Source: Mytilus trossulus (lineage: Eukaryota). From it: a stretch of 64,000 nucleotides of DNA. The position numbers and the translations under genes were made by a program. The stretch covers positions 20,212,001-20,276,000 of the forward strand of contig NC_086374.1 of the NCBI RefSeq assembly GCF_036588685.1. The letters run 5' to 3'. The notes below the pieces were generated by a model. The model was not told the origin of the DNA. It made no database searches and saw only the letters and a program-made list of their open reading frames with translations. Of the stretch, positions 30,301 to 45,300 are shown piece by piece. Positions within the stretch are counted from its first letter, which is position 1; the number at the start of each line of letters is the position of its first letter.

Positions 30301-33300
30301 CTCATTTATTTAACAATCACATAGTCTATTTGTTTTGTTTAATATCTTGGTGTGCCTTGCTAAAATAGCACCATGATTACAAAAATGAGTATGGTAAATA
30401 AGTATACAAGGAAGTAGTCAATAAACTGTCATCCAAAGGATGTTTGAAATGTTCTTGTCTGAAATCGTTGAATACTGGTCACATTTTGTTTGTTTTATTT
30501 TGTCAGTTTCCACGACAATTCCAAGTACAACAACAGTTCCACAGACACCGTCTTCAGCAGTAATTACTACAGCCGTGGTTTCACCCACACCTACAGCTAC
30601 ACCTGAAATTATAACTGAAACTACTCAAACAATTAAAGGTATTTGTTTTTAAAATATCATTATAGTTGTATTGGCATTTTCTAAAAGATGTTATAAGCCG
30701 CCTTAAGCTTTATTTAAGTGAATGATTATAAATCAAAAACTGATGATCATTACTGTTGAAATTTTAGAAGGACATTTAAGAAAGACATTTAAACTTGCAA
30801 CATTGTTGAATATTATGATTTGAAAACAGGTAAAATTTATTCAGTTAATTATTCTGTCTTACTTGACTTTTGAATAATCATTTTTCAGTAACCAGTGAAC
30901 AAGTTACAACACCAACTCAAGTGTCAACGACAAGTCCATCTCCTGGAATTTCAATTACTTGTAAGTTTGAATATTTCAGTTTTTCTTGTACTATTTGTTT
31001 GTTTTATTTGCGCACGTTTACAACATAATTGCTGAAACGTTTTCAACAGGAGACACTTAGCCTGCCAATACACCGGATCATGCTCCTTTTGGAGTTAATG
31101 CAATTCCCTCATTTAGTTTTGTATTCCTTGATTTGTATTGTCAAAATAGAGTTATGAGATTTTAACATAGGTTAACTACTGTTGTTTTGAATTTATGAAT
31201 GAAACTCGAGTTACTTTTCTTTTCTCTCAGTGTTTATGCATGAATTATAGCACTAGTTTGATAAGTGGTTACATGCTGAAATGTTTTTTTTCTTCTGTAG
31301 CAATAGCAACAACTACTCCAATCTGTGAAGAAACAGATGGAATGGATTCAATAACAACAATACCTTCAACTGAAATTACAACAAATGACCAGAAAGGAGA
31401 AATTGAAAATCTCCGACCTTCCTCTAAGACACCATTTAAAAGTTCTGAAGAAAAACTGGTTATAGAATACGTGCCTACGAAGACAAGACCAATTGCCAAT
31501 GTTGAACTGGTTTCTACTGATAATGTCAAGACTTATACAGTGCAATTCTTTAATGCAGATGGAACTGTGACAACTAGAAAGGTTAGTATGACTCCCACAA
31601 AGGCAATACGATTAATGGTTTCCAGTTTACTCTATCTTCATCAAAAAGAATATTCAATTGCTGCTTATATGGTCATTGAAACTTAAATACTGTTGCCTTT
31701 AAAACCTTAAAAGTTATGTTTTTCTGTTCTGTAGGTGAAAGTTGGCGAAAAGGCCATAAGTGTTGGAACTAAACCTGACGTGAAAAAAGTGAATGTAATA
31801 ATCACACCGGATGACAAAGAAGATTCTTACAAACCTGTACAGCTACAATTGAGTGTCCATGCTTGTTTTGAAGTCAGTAAGTAAAGAAGTGACATAGATG
31901 TTTAAACTGTAGAAGTATATCTCATTTATTTAACAATCACATAGTCTATTTGTTTTGTTTAATATCTTGGTGTGCCTTGCTAAAATAGCACCATGATTAC
32001 AAAAATGAGTATGGTAAATAAGTATACAAGGAAGTAGTCAATAAACTGTCATCCAAAGGATGTTTGAAATGTTCTTGTCTGAAATCGTTGAATACTGGTC
32101 ACATTTTGTTTGTTTTATTTTGTCAGTTTCCACGACAATTCCAAGTACAACAACAGTTCCACAGACACCGTCTTCAGCAGTAATTACTACAGCCGTGGTT
32201 TCACCCACACCTACAGCTACACCTGAAATTATAACTGAAACTACTCAAACAATTAAAGGTATTTGTTTTTAAAATATCATTATAGTTGTATTGGCATTTT
32301 CTAAAAGATGTTATAAGCCGCCTTAAGCTTTATTTAAGTGAATGATTATAAATCAAAAACTGATGATCATTACTGTTGAAATTTTAGAAGGACATTTAAG
32401 AAAGACATTTAAACTTGCAACATTGTTGAATATTATGATTTGAAAACAGGTAAAATTTATTCAGTTAATTATTCTGTCTTACTTGACTTTTGAATAATCA
32501 TTTTTCAGTAACCAGTGAACAAGTTACAACACCAACTCAAGTGTCAACGACAAGTCCATCTCCTGGAATTTCAATTACTTGTAAGTTTGAATATTTCAGT
32601 TTTTCTTGTACTATTTGTTTGTTTTATTTGCGCACGTTTACAACATAATTGCTGAAACGTTTTCAACAGGAGACACTTAGCCTGCCAATACACCGGATCA
32701 TGCTCCTTTTGGAGTTAATGCAATTCCCTCATTTAGTTTTGTATTCCTTGATTTGTATTGTCAAAATAGAGTTATGAGATTTTAACATAGGTTAACTACT
32801 GTTGTTTTGAATTTATGAATGAAACTCGAGTTACTTTTCTTTTCTCTCAGTGTTTATGCATGAATTATAGCACTAGTTTGATAAGTGGTTACATGCTGAA
32901 ATGTTTTTTTTCTTCTGTAGCAATAGCAACAACTACTCCAATCTGTGAAGAAACAGATGGAATGGATTCAATAACAACAATACCTTCAACTGAAATTACA
33001 ACAAATGACCAGAAAGGAGAAATTGAAAATCTGCGACCTTCCTCTAAGACACCATTTAAAAGTTCTGAAGAAAAACTGGTTATAGAATACGTGCCTACGA
33101 AGACAAGACCAATTGCCAATGTTGAACTGGTTTCTACTGATAATGTCAAGACTTATACAGTGCAATTCTTTAATGCAGATGGAACTGTGACAACTAGAAA
33201 GGTTAGTATGACTCCCACAAAGGCAATACGATTAATGGTTTCCAGTTTACTCTATCTTCATCAAAAAGAATATTCAATTGCTGCTTATATGGTCATTGAA

Positions 33301-36300
33301 ACTTAAATACTGTTGCCTTTAAAACCTTAAAAGTTATGTTTTTCTGTTCTGTAGGTGAAAGTTGGCGAAAAGGCCATAAGTGTTGGAACTAAACCTGACG
33401 TGAAAAAAGTGAATGTAATAATCACACCGGATGACAAAGAAGATTCTTACAAACCTGTACAGCTACAATTGAGTGTCCATGCTTGTTTTGAAGTCAGTAA
33501 GTAAAGAAGTGACATAGATGTTTAAACTGTAGAAGTATATCTCATTTATTTAACAATCACATAGTCTATTTGTTTTGTTTAATATCTTGGTGTGCCTTGC
33601 TAAAATAGCACCATGATTACAAAAATGAGTATGGTAAATAAGTATACAAGGAAGTAGTCAATAAACTGTCATCCAAAGGATGTTTGAAATGTTCTTGTCT
33701 GAAATCGTTGAATACTGGTCACATTTTGTTTGTTTTATTTTGTCAGTTTCCACGACAATTCCAAGTACAACAACAGTTCCACAGACACCGTCTTCAGCAG
33801 TAATTACTACAGCCGTGGTTTCACCCACACCTACAGCTACACCTGAAATTATAACTGAAACTACTCAAACAATTAAAGGTATTTGTTTTTAAAATATCAT
33901 TATAGTTGTATTGGCATTTTCTAAAAGATGTTATAAGCCGCCTTAAGCTTTATTTAAGTGAATGATTATAAATCAAAAACTGATGATCATTACTGTTGAA
34001 ATTTTAGAAGGACATTTAAGAAAGACATTTAAACTTGCAACATTGTTGAATATTATGATTTGAAAACAGGTAAAATTTATTCAGTTAATTATTCTGTCTT
34101 ACTTGACTTTTGAATAATCATTTTTCAGTAACCAGTGAACAAGTTACAACACCAACTCAAGTGTCAACGACAAGTCCATCTCCTGGAATTTCAATTACTT
34201 GTAAGTTTGAATATTTCAGTTTTTCTTGTACTATTTGTTTGTTTTATTTGCGCACGTTTACAACATAATTGCTGAAACGTTTTCAACAGGAGACACTTAG
34301 CCTGCCAATACACCGGATCATGCTCCTTTTGGAGTTAATGCAATTCCCTCATTTAGTTTTGTATTCCTTGATTTGTATTGTCAAAATAGAGTTATAAGAT
34401 TTTAACATAGGTTAACTACTGTTAATTTGAATTTATGAATGAAACTCGAGTTACTTTTCTTTTCTCTCAGTGTTTATGCATGAATTATAGCACTAGTTTG
34501 ATAAGTGGTTACATGCTGAAATGTTTTTTTTCTTCTGTAGCAATAGCAACAACTACTCCAATCTGTGAAGAAACAGATGGAATGGATTCAATAACAACAA
34601 TACCTTCAACTGAAATTACAACAAATGACCAGAAAGGAGAAATTGAAAATCTCCGACCTTCCTCTAAGACACCATTTAAAAGTTCTGAAGAAAAACTGGT
34701 TATAGAATACGTGCCTACGAAGACAAGACCAATTGCCAATGTTGAACTGGTTTCTACTGATAATGTCAAGACTTATACAGTGCAATTCTTTAATGCAGAT
34801 GGAACTGTGACAACTAGAAAGGTTAGTATGACTCCCACAAAGGCAATACGATTAATGGTTTCCAGTTTACTCTATCTTCATCAAAAAGAATATTCAATTG
34901 CTGCTTATATGGTCATTGAAACTTAAATACTGTTGCCTTTAAAACCTTAAAAGTTATGTTTTTCTGTTCTGTAGGTGAAAGTTGGCGAAAAGGCCATAAG
35001 TGTTGGAACTAAACCTGACGTGAAAAAAGTGAATGTAATAATCACACCGGATGACAAAGAAGATTCTTACAAACCTGTACAGCTACAATTGAGTGTCCAT
35101 GCTTGTTTTGAAGTCAGTAAGTAAAGAAGTGACATAGATGTTTAAACTGTAGAAGTATATCTCATTTATTTAACAATCACATAGTCTATTTGTTTTGTTT
35201 AATATCTTGGTGTGCCTTGCTAAAATAGCACCATGATTACAAAAATGAGTATGGTAAATAAGTATACAAGGAAGTAGTCAATAAACTGTCATCCAAAGGA
35301 TGTTTGAAATGTTCTTGTCTGAAATCGTTGAATACTGGTCACATTTTGTTTGTTTTATTTTGTCAGTTTCCACGACAATTCCAAGTACAACAACAGTTCC
35401 ACAGACACCGTCTTCAGCAGTAATTACTACAGCCGTGGTTTCACCCACACCTACAGCTACACCTGAAATTATAACTGAAACTACTCAAACAATTAAAGGT
35501 ATTTGTTTTTAAAATATCATTATAGTTGTATTGGCATTTTCTAAAAGATGTTATAAGCCGCCTTAAGCTTTATTTAAGTGAATGATTATAAATCAAAAAC
35601 TGATGATCATTACTGTTGAAATTTTAGAAGGACATTTAAGAAAGACATTTAAACTTGCAACATTGTTGAATATTATGATTTGAAAACAGGTAAAATTTAT
35701 TCAGTTAATTATTCTGTCTTACTTGACTTTTGAATAATCATTTTTCAGTAACCAGTGAACAAGTTACAACACCAACTCAAGTGTCAACGACAAGTCCATC
35801 TCCTGGAATTTCAATTACTTGTAAGTTTGAATATTTCAGTTTTTCTTGTACTATTTGTTTGTTTTATTTGCGCACGTTTACAACATAATTGCTGAAACGT
35901 TTTCAACAGGAGACACTTAGCCTGCCAATACACCGGATCATGCTCCTTTTGGAGTTAATGCAATTCCCTCATTTAGTTTTGTATTCCTTGATTTGTATTG
36001 TCAAAATAGAGTTATGAGATTTTAACATAGGTTAACTACTGTTGTTTTGAATTTATGAATGAAACTCGAGTTACTTTTCTTTTCTCTCAGTGTTTATGCA
36101 TGAATTATAGCACTAGTTTGATAAGTGGTTACATGCTGAAATGTTTTTTTTCTTCTGTAGCAATAGCAACAACTACTCCAATCTGTGAAGAAACAGATGG
36201 AATGGATTCAATAACAACAATACCTTCAACTGAAATTACAACAAATGACCAGAAAGGAGAAATTGAAAATCTGCGACCTTCCTCTAAGACACCATTTAAA

Positions 36301-39300
36301 AGTTCTGAAGAAAAACTGGTTATAGAATACGTGCCTACGAAGACAAGACCAATTGCCAATGTTGAACTGGTTTCTACTGATAATGTCAAGACTTATACAG
36401 TGCAATTCTTTAATGCAGATGGAACTGTGACAACTAGAAAGGTTAGTATGACTCCCACAAAGGCAATACGATTAATGGTTTCCAGTTTACTCTATCTTCA
36501 TCAAAAAGAATATTCAATTGCTGCTTATATGGTCATTGAAACTTAAATACTGTTGCCTTTAAAACCTTAAAAGTTATGTTTTTCTGTTCTGTAGGTGAAA
36601 GTTGGCGAAAAGGCCATAAGTGTTGGAACTAAACCTGACGTGAAAAAAGTGAATGTAATAATCACACCGGATGACAAAGAAGATTCTTACAAACCTGTAC
36701 AGCTACAATTGAGTGTCCATGCTTGTTTTGAAGTCAGTAAGTAAAGAAGTGACATAGATGTTTAAACTGTAGAAGTATATCTCATTTATTTAACAATCAC
36801 ATAGTCTATTTGTTTTGTTTAATATCTTGGTGTGCCTTGCTAAAATAGCACCATGATTACAAAAATGAGTATGGTAAATAAGTATACAAGGAAGTAGTCA
36901 ATAAACTGTCATCCAAAGGATGTTTGAAATGTTCTTGTCTGAAATCGTTGAATACTGGTCACATTTTGTTTGTTTTATTTTGTCAGTTTCCACGACAATT
37001 CCAAGTACAACAACAGTTCCACAGACACCGTCTTCAGCAGTAATTACTACAGCCGTGGTTTCACCCACACCTACAGCTACACCTGAAATTATAACTGAAA
37101 CTACTCAAACAATTAAAGGTATTTGTTTTTAAAATATCATTATAGTTGTATTGGCATTTTCTAAAAGATGTTATAAGCCGCCTTAAGCTTTATTTAAGTG
37201 AATGATTATAAATCAAAAACTGATGATCATTACTGTTGAAATTTTAGAAGGACATTTAAGAAAGACATTTAAACTTGCAACATTGTTGAATATTATGATT
37301 TGAAAACAGGTAAAATTTATTCAGTTAATTATTCTGTCTTACTTGACTTTTGAATAATCATTTTTCAGTAACCAGTGAACAAGTTACAACACCAACTCAA
37401 GTGTCAACGACAAGTCCATCTCCTGGAATTTCAATTACTTGTAAGTTTGAATATTTCAGTTTTTCTTGTACTATTTGTTTGTTTTATTTGCGCACGTTTA
37501 CACCATAATTGCTGAAACGTTTTCAACAGGAGACACTTAGCCTGCCAATACACCGGATCATGCTCCTTTTGGAGTTAATGCAATTCCCTCATTTAGTTTT
37601 GTATTCCTTGATTTGTATTGTCAAAATAGAGTTATAAGATTTTAACATAGGTTAACTACTGTTGTTTTGAATTTATGAATGAAACTCGAGTTACTTTTCT
37701 TTTCTCTTAGTGTTTATGCATGAATTATAGCACTAGTTTGATAAGTGGTTACATGCTGAAATGTTTTTTTCTTCTGTAGCAATAGCAACAACTACTCCAA
37801 TCTGTGAAGAAACAGATGGAATGGATTCAATAACAACAATACCTTCAACTGAAATTACAACAAATGACCAGAAAGGAGAAATTGAAAATCTCCGACCTTC
37901 CTCTAAGACACCATTTAAAAGTTCTGAAGAAAAACTGGTTATAGAATACGTGCCTACGAAGACAAGACCAATTGCCAATGTTGAACTGGTTTCTACTGAT
38001 AATGTCAAGACTTATACAGTGCAATTCTTTAATGCAGATGGAACTGTGACAACTAGAAAGGTTAGTATGACTCCCACAAAGGCAATACGATTAATGGTTT
38101 CCAGTTTACTCTATCTTCATCAAAAAGAATATTCAATTGCTGCTTATATGGTCATTGAAACTTAAATACTGTTGCCTTTAAAACCTTAAAAGTTATGTTT
38201 TTCTGTTCTGTAGGTGAAAGTTGGCGAAAAGGCCATAAGTGTTGGAACTAAACCTGACGTGAAAAAAGTGAATGTAATAATCACACCGAATGACAAAGAA
38301 GATTCTTACAAACCTGTACAGCTACAATTGAGTGTCCATGCTTGTTTTGAAGTCAGTAAGTAAAGAAGTGACATAGATGTTTAAACTGTAGAAGTATATC
38401 TCATTTATTTAACAATCACATAGTCTATTTGTTTTGTTTAATATCTTGGTGTGCCTTGCTAAAATAGCACCATGATTACAAAAATGAGTATGGTAAATAA
38501 GTATACAAGGAAGTAGTCAATACACTGTCATCCAAAGGATGTTTGAAATGTTCTTGTCTGAAATCGTTGAATACTGGTCACATTTTGTTTGTTTTATTTT
38601 GTCAGTTTCCACGACAATTCCAAGTACAACAACAGTTCCACAGACACCGTCTTCAGCAGTAATTACTACAGCCGTGGTTTCACCCACACCTACAGCTACA
38701 CCTGAAATTATAACTGAAACTACTCAAACAATTAAAGGTATTTGTTTTTAAAATATCATTATAGTTGTATTGGCATTTTCTAAAAGATGTTATAAGCCGC
38801 CTTAAGCTTTATTTAAGTGAATGATTATAAATCAAAAACTGATGATCATTACTGTTGAAATTTTAGAAGGACATTTAAGAAAGACATTTAAACTTGCAAC
38901 ATTGTTGAATATTATGATTTGAAAACAGGTAAAATTTATTCAGTTAATTATTCTGTCTTACTTGACTTTTGAATAATCATTTTTCAGTAACCAGTGAACA
39001 AGTTACAACACCAACTCAAGTGTCAACGACAAGTCCATCTCCTGGAATTTCAATTACTTGTAAGTTTGAATATTTCAGTTTTTCTTGTACTATTTGTTTG
39101 TTTTATTTGCGCACGTTTACAACATAATTGCTGAAACGTTTTCAACAGGAGACACTTAGCCTGCCAATACACCGGATCATGCTCCTTTTGGAGTTAATGC
39201 AATTCCCTCATTTAGTTTTGTATTCCTTGATTTGTATTGTCAAAATAGAGTTATAAGATTTTAACATAGGTTAACTACTGTTGTTTTGAATTTATGAATG

Positions 39301-42300
39301 AAACTCGAGTTACTTTTCTTTTCTCTCAGTGTTTATGCATGAATTATAGCACTAGTTTGATAAGTGGTTACATGCTGAAATGTTTTTTTTCTTCTGTAGC
39401 AATAGCAACAACTACTCCAATCTGTGAAGAAACAGATGGAATGGATTCAATAACAACAATACCTTCAACTGAAATTACAACAAATGACCAGAAAGGAGAA
39501 ATTGAAAATCTCCGACCTTCCTCTAAGACACCATTTAAAAGTTCTGAAGAAAAACTGTTTATAGAATACGTGCCTACGAAGACAAGACCAATTGCCAATG
39601 TTGAACTGGTTTCTACTGATAATGTCAAGACTTATACAGTGCAATTCTTTAATGCAGATGGAACTGTGACAACTAGAAAGGTTAGTATGACTCCCACAAA
39701 GGCAATACGATTAATGGTTTCCAGTTTACTCTATCTTCATCAAAAAGAATATTCAATTGCTGCTTATATGGTCATTGAAACTTAAATACTGTTGCCTTTA
39801 AAACCTTAAAAGTTATGTTTTTCTGTTCTGTAGGTGAAAGTTGGCGAAAAGGCCATAAGTGTTGGAACTAAACCTGACGTGAAAAAAGTGAATGTAATAA
39901 TCACACCGGATGACAAAGAAGATTCTTACAAACCTGTACAGCTACAATTGAGTGTCCATGCTTGTTTTGAAGTCAGTAAGTAAAGAAGTGACATAGATGT
40001 TTAAACTGTAGAAGTATATCTCATTTATTTAACAATCACATAGTCTATTTGTTTTGTTTAATATCTTGGTGTGCCTTGCTAAAATAGCACCATGATTACA
40101 AAAATGAGTATGGTAAATAAGTATACAAGGAAGTAGTCAATAAACTGTCATCCAAAGGATGTTTGAAATGTTCTTGTCTGAAATCGTTGAATACTGGTCA
40201 CATTTTGTTTGTTTTATTTTGTCAGTTTCCACGACAATTCCAAGTACAACAACAGTTCCACAGACACCGTCTTCAGCAGTAATTACTACAGCCGTGGTTT
40301 CACCCACACCTACAGCTACACATGAAATTATAACTGAAACTACTCAAACAATTAAAGGTATTTGTTTTTAAAATATCATTATAGTTGTATTGGCATTTTC
40401 TAAAAGATGTTATAAGCCGCCTTAAGCTTTATTTAAGTGAATGATTATAAATCAAAAACTGATGATCATTACTGTTGAAATTTTAGAAGGACATTTAAGA
40501 AAGACATTTAAACTTGCAACATTGTTGAATATTATGATTTGAAAACAGGTAAAATTTATTCAGTTAATTATTCTGTCTTACTTGACTTTTGAATAATCAT
40601 TTTTCAGTAACCAGTGAACAAGTTACAACACCAACTCAAGTGTCAACGACAAGTCCATCTCCTGGAATTTCAATTACTTGTAAGTTTGAATATTTCAGTT
40701 TTTCTTGTACTATTTGTTTGTTTTATTTGCGCACGTTTACAACATAATTGCTGAAACGTTTTCAACAGGAGACACTTAGCCTGCCAATACACCGGATCAT
40801 GCTCCTTTTGGAGTTAATGCAATTCCCTCATTTAGTTTTGTATTCCTTGATTTGTATTGTCAAAATAGAGTTATGAGATTTTAACATAGGTTAACTACTG
40901 TTGTTTTGAATTTATGAATGAAACTCGAGTTAATTTTCTTTTCTCTCAGTGTTTATGCATGAATTATAGCACTAGTTTGATAAGTGGTTACATGCTGAAA
41001 TGTTTTTTTTCTTCTGTAGCAATAGCAACAACTACTCCAATCTGTGAAGAAACAGATGGAATGGATTCAATAACAACAATACCTTCAACTGAAATTACAA
41101 CAAATGACCAGAAAGGAGAAATTGAAAATCTCCGACCTTCCTCTAAGACACCATTTAAAAGTTCTGAAGAAAAACTGGTTATAGAATACGTGCCTACGAA
41201 GACAAGACCAATTGCCAATGTTGAACTGGTTTCTACTGATAATGTCAAGACTTATACAGTGCAATTCTTTAATGCAGATGGAACCGTGACAACTAGAAAG
41301 GTTAGTATGACTCCCACAAAGGCAATACGATTAATGGTTTCCAGTTTACTCTATCTTCATCAAAAAGAATATTCAATTGCTGCTTATATGGTCATTGAAA
41401 CTTAAATACTGTTGCCTTTAAAACCTTAAAAGTTATGTTTTTCTGTTCTGTAGGTGAAAGTTGGCGAAAAGGCCATAAGTGTTGGAACTAAACCTGACGT
41501 GAAAAAAGTGAATGTAATAATCACACCGGATGACAAAGAAGATTCTTACAAACCTGTACAGCTACAATTGAGTGTCCATGCTTGTTTTGAAGTCAGTAAG
41601 TAAAGAAGTGACATAGATGTTTAAACTGTAGAAGTATATCTCATTTATTTAACAATCACATAGTCTATTTGTTTTGTTTAATATCTTGGTGTGCCTTGCT
41701 CAAATAGCACCAAGATTACAAAAATGAGTATGGTAAATAAGTATACAAGGAAGTAGTCAATAAACTGTCATCCAAAGGATGTTTGAAATGTTCTTGTCTG
41801 AAATCGTTGAATACTGGTCACATTTTGTTTGTTTTATTTTGTCAGTTTCCACGACAATTCCAAGTACAACAACAGTTCCACAGACACCGTCTTCAGCAGT
41901 AATTACTACAGCCGTGGTTTCACCCACACCTACAGCTACACCTGAAATTATAACTGAAACTACTCAAACAATTAAAGGTATTTGTTTTTAAAATATCATT
42001 ATAGTTGTATTGGCATTTTCTAAAAGATGTTATAAGCCGCCTTAAGCTTTATTTAAGTGAATGATTATAAATCAAAAACTGATGATCATTACTGTTGAAA
42101 TTTTAGAAGGACATTTAAGAAAGACATTTAATCTTGCAACATTGTTGAATATTATGATTTGAAAACAGGTAAAATTTATTCAGTTAATTATTCTGTCTTA
42201 CTTGACTTTTGAATAATCATTTTTCAGTAACCAGTGAAAAAGTTACAACACCAACTCAAGTGTCAACGACAAGTCCATCTCCTGGAATTTCAATTACTTG

Positions 42301-45300
42301 TTAGTTTGAATATTTCAGTTTTTCTTGTACTATTTGTTTGTTTTATTTGCGCACGTTTACAACATAATTGCTGAAACGTTTTCAACAGGAGACACTTAGC
42401 CTGCCAATACACCGGATCATGCTCCTTTTGGAGTTAATGCAATTCCCTCATTTAGTTTTGTATTCCTTGATTTGTATTGTCAAAATAGAGTTATGAGATT
42501 TTAACATAGGTTAACTACTGTTGTTTTGAATTTATGAATGAAACTCGAGTTACTTTTCTTTTCTCTCAGTGTTTATGCATGAATTATAGCACTAGTTTGA
42601 TAAGTGGTTACATGCTGAAATGTTTTTTTCTTCTGTAGCAATAGCAACAACTACTCCAATCTGTGAAGAAACAGATGGAATGGATTCAATAACAACAATA
42701 CCTTCAACTGAAATTACAACAAATGACCAGAAAGGAGAAATTGAAAATCTGCGACCTTCCTCTAAGACACCATTTAAAAGTTCTGAAGAAAAACTGGTTA
42801 TAGAATACGTGCCTACGAAGACAAGACCAATTGCCAATGTTGAACTGGTTTCTACTGATAATGTCAAGACTTATACTGTGCAATTCTTTAATGCAGATGG
42901 AACCGTGACAACTAGAAAGGTTAGTATGACCCCCACAAAGGCAATACGATTAATGGTTTCCAGTTTACTCTATCTTCATCAAAAAGAATATTCAATTGCT
43001 GCTTATATGGTCATTGAAACTTAAATACTGTTGCCTTTAAAACCTTAAAAGTTATGTTTTTCTGTTCTGTAGGTGAAAGTTGGCGAAAAGGCCATAAGTG
43101 TTGGAACTAAACCTGACGTGAAAAAAGTGAATGTAATAATCACACCGGATGACAAAGAAGATTCTTCCAAACCTGTACAGCTACAATTGAGTGTCCATGC
43201 TTGTTTTGAAGTCAGTAAGTAAAGAAGTGACATAGATGTTTAAACTGTAGAAGTATATCTCATTTATTTAACAATCACATAGTCTATTTGTTTTGTTTAA
43301 TATCTTGGTGTGCCTTGCTAAAATAGCACCATGATTACAAAAATGAGTATGGTAAATAAGTATACAAGGAAGTAGTCAATAAACTGTCATCCAAAGGATG
43401 TTTGAAATGTTCTTGTCTGAAATCGTTGAATACTGGTCACATTTTGTTTGTTTTATTTTGTCAGTTTCCACGACAATTCCAAGTACAACAACAGTTCCAC
43501 AGACACCGTCTTCAGCAGTAATTACTACAGCCGTGGTTTCACCCACACCTACAGCTACACCTGAAATTATAACTGAAACTACTCAAACAATTAAAGGTAT
43601 TTGTTTTTAAAATATCATTATAGTTGTATTGGCATTTTCTAAAAGATGTTATAAGCCGCCTTAAGCTTTATTTAAGTGAATGATTATAAATCAAAAACTG
43701 ATGATCATTACTGTTGAAATTTTAGAAGGACATTTAAGAAAGACATTTAAACTTGCAACATTGTTGAATATTATGATTTGAAAACAGGTAAAATTTATTC
43801 AGTTAATTATTCTGTCTTACTTGACTTTTGAATAATCATTTTTCAGTAACCAGTGAAAAAGTTACAACACCAACTCAAGTGTCAACGACAAGTCCATCTC
43901 CTGGAATTTCAATTACTTGTAAGTTTGAATATTTCAGTTTTTCTTGTACTATTTGTTTGTTTTATTTTCGCACGTTTACAACATAATTGCTGATTTTTTT
44001 TCGACAGTTAACAATTAGCCTGTCAATACAACGGATCAAGCTCCTTAGTGAGTTGATGCCATTGTCTCATCTTTTTGTGCTGTATTCCTTGATTGGATTG
44101 TCTTAATGGAGTTATACGATTTAAACATAGGTTAACTACTGTTGTTTTGATATTTTTGAATGAAAATCGAGTTACGTTTTCCTTTTCACAGTGTTTATGT
44201 ATGAATTTTAATACTAGTTTGATAATTTTTAACATGCTAAAATGTTTCTTTTGTAGCAATAGCAACAACAACTCCCATTTGTGAAGAAACGGATGGAATG
44301 GATTCAATAACAACAATACCTTCAACTGAAATTACAACAAATGACAAGAAAGGAGAAATTGAAAATCTCCGACCTTCCTCTAAGACACCATTTAAAAGTT
44401 CTGAAGAAAAACTGGTTATAGAATACGTGCCTACGAAGACAAGACCAATAGCCAATGTTGAACTAGTTTCTACTGATAATGTCAAGACTTATACAGTGCA
44501 ATTCTTTAATGCAGATGGAACCGTAACAACAAAAAAGGTTAGTTTGACACCTAGAAATCAATAGAATTAACAGTTTCAAGTTTACTTTTTCGTTATCAAA
44601 AACAAAATTTAATTGCTGCAAATATGGTCAGTGAAATTTGAATACTTTGCCTTGTGAGTCTGTAAACTTTATTTTTTCTGTTCTGTAGGTGAAAGTTGGC
44701 GAAAAAGCTACAAGTGTTGGAACTAAACCTGACGTAAGAAAAGTGAATGTAATAATCACACCAGATGACAAGGAAGATTCTTACAAACCTGTACAACTAC
44801 AATTGAGTGTCCATGCTTGTTTTGAAATCAGTAAGTAGAGAATATACACAGGTGTTTTAACTGCAGATGTATATCTGTTTAAATAAACCGTCGTATAGTC
44901 TATTTGTCTGTTAAGTATCTAAGTGAGTTTTGTTAAGATTAGACGTTACGTACAAAATAAATATGATCAATTTGAATACATTGTCGTGGTCGATCCAAAG
45001 GATTTTTAAAAGTTTCTTGTCTATAATAATTGAATGCTGATCAAGTTTTGTTTAATTAATTCTTTTAGTTTCTACGACAATTCCAAGTACAACAACAGTT
45101 CCACAGACACCTGTTTCAGCAGTTATCACTACAGCCAAGGTTACAGAAACACCTACAGCCACACCCGAAATTACAACTGAAACTATTCAAACATTAAGCG
45201 GTAATTATTAAAAAAAACTTTCATAGTTTTGATGAAATTTTCTGATTAATTTTTAAGCAGCGTAAAGTCATATCTAAGTAAATGATTACTAATCAAAAGG

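Larger units (their letters stand above)
25021..43970 (+). repeat. Tandem array block B: 11 full domain units of ~1620-1622 bp
   Basis: Same exon lengths as block A but different introns (~340/155/250/250 bp); domain variant GMDSITT...NDQKGEI...EEKLV. Confidence 0.95.
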
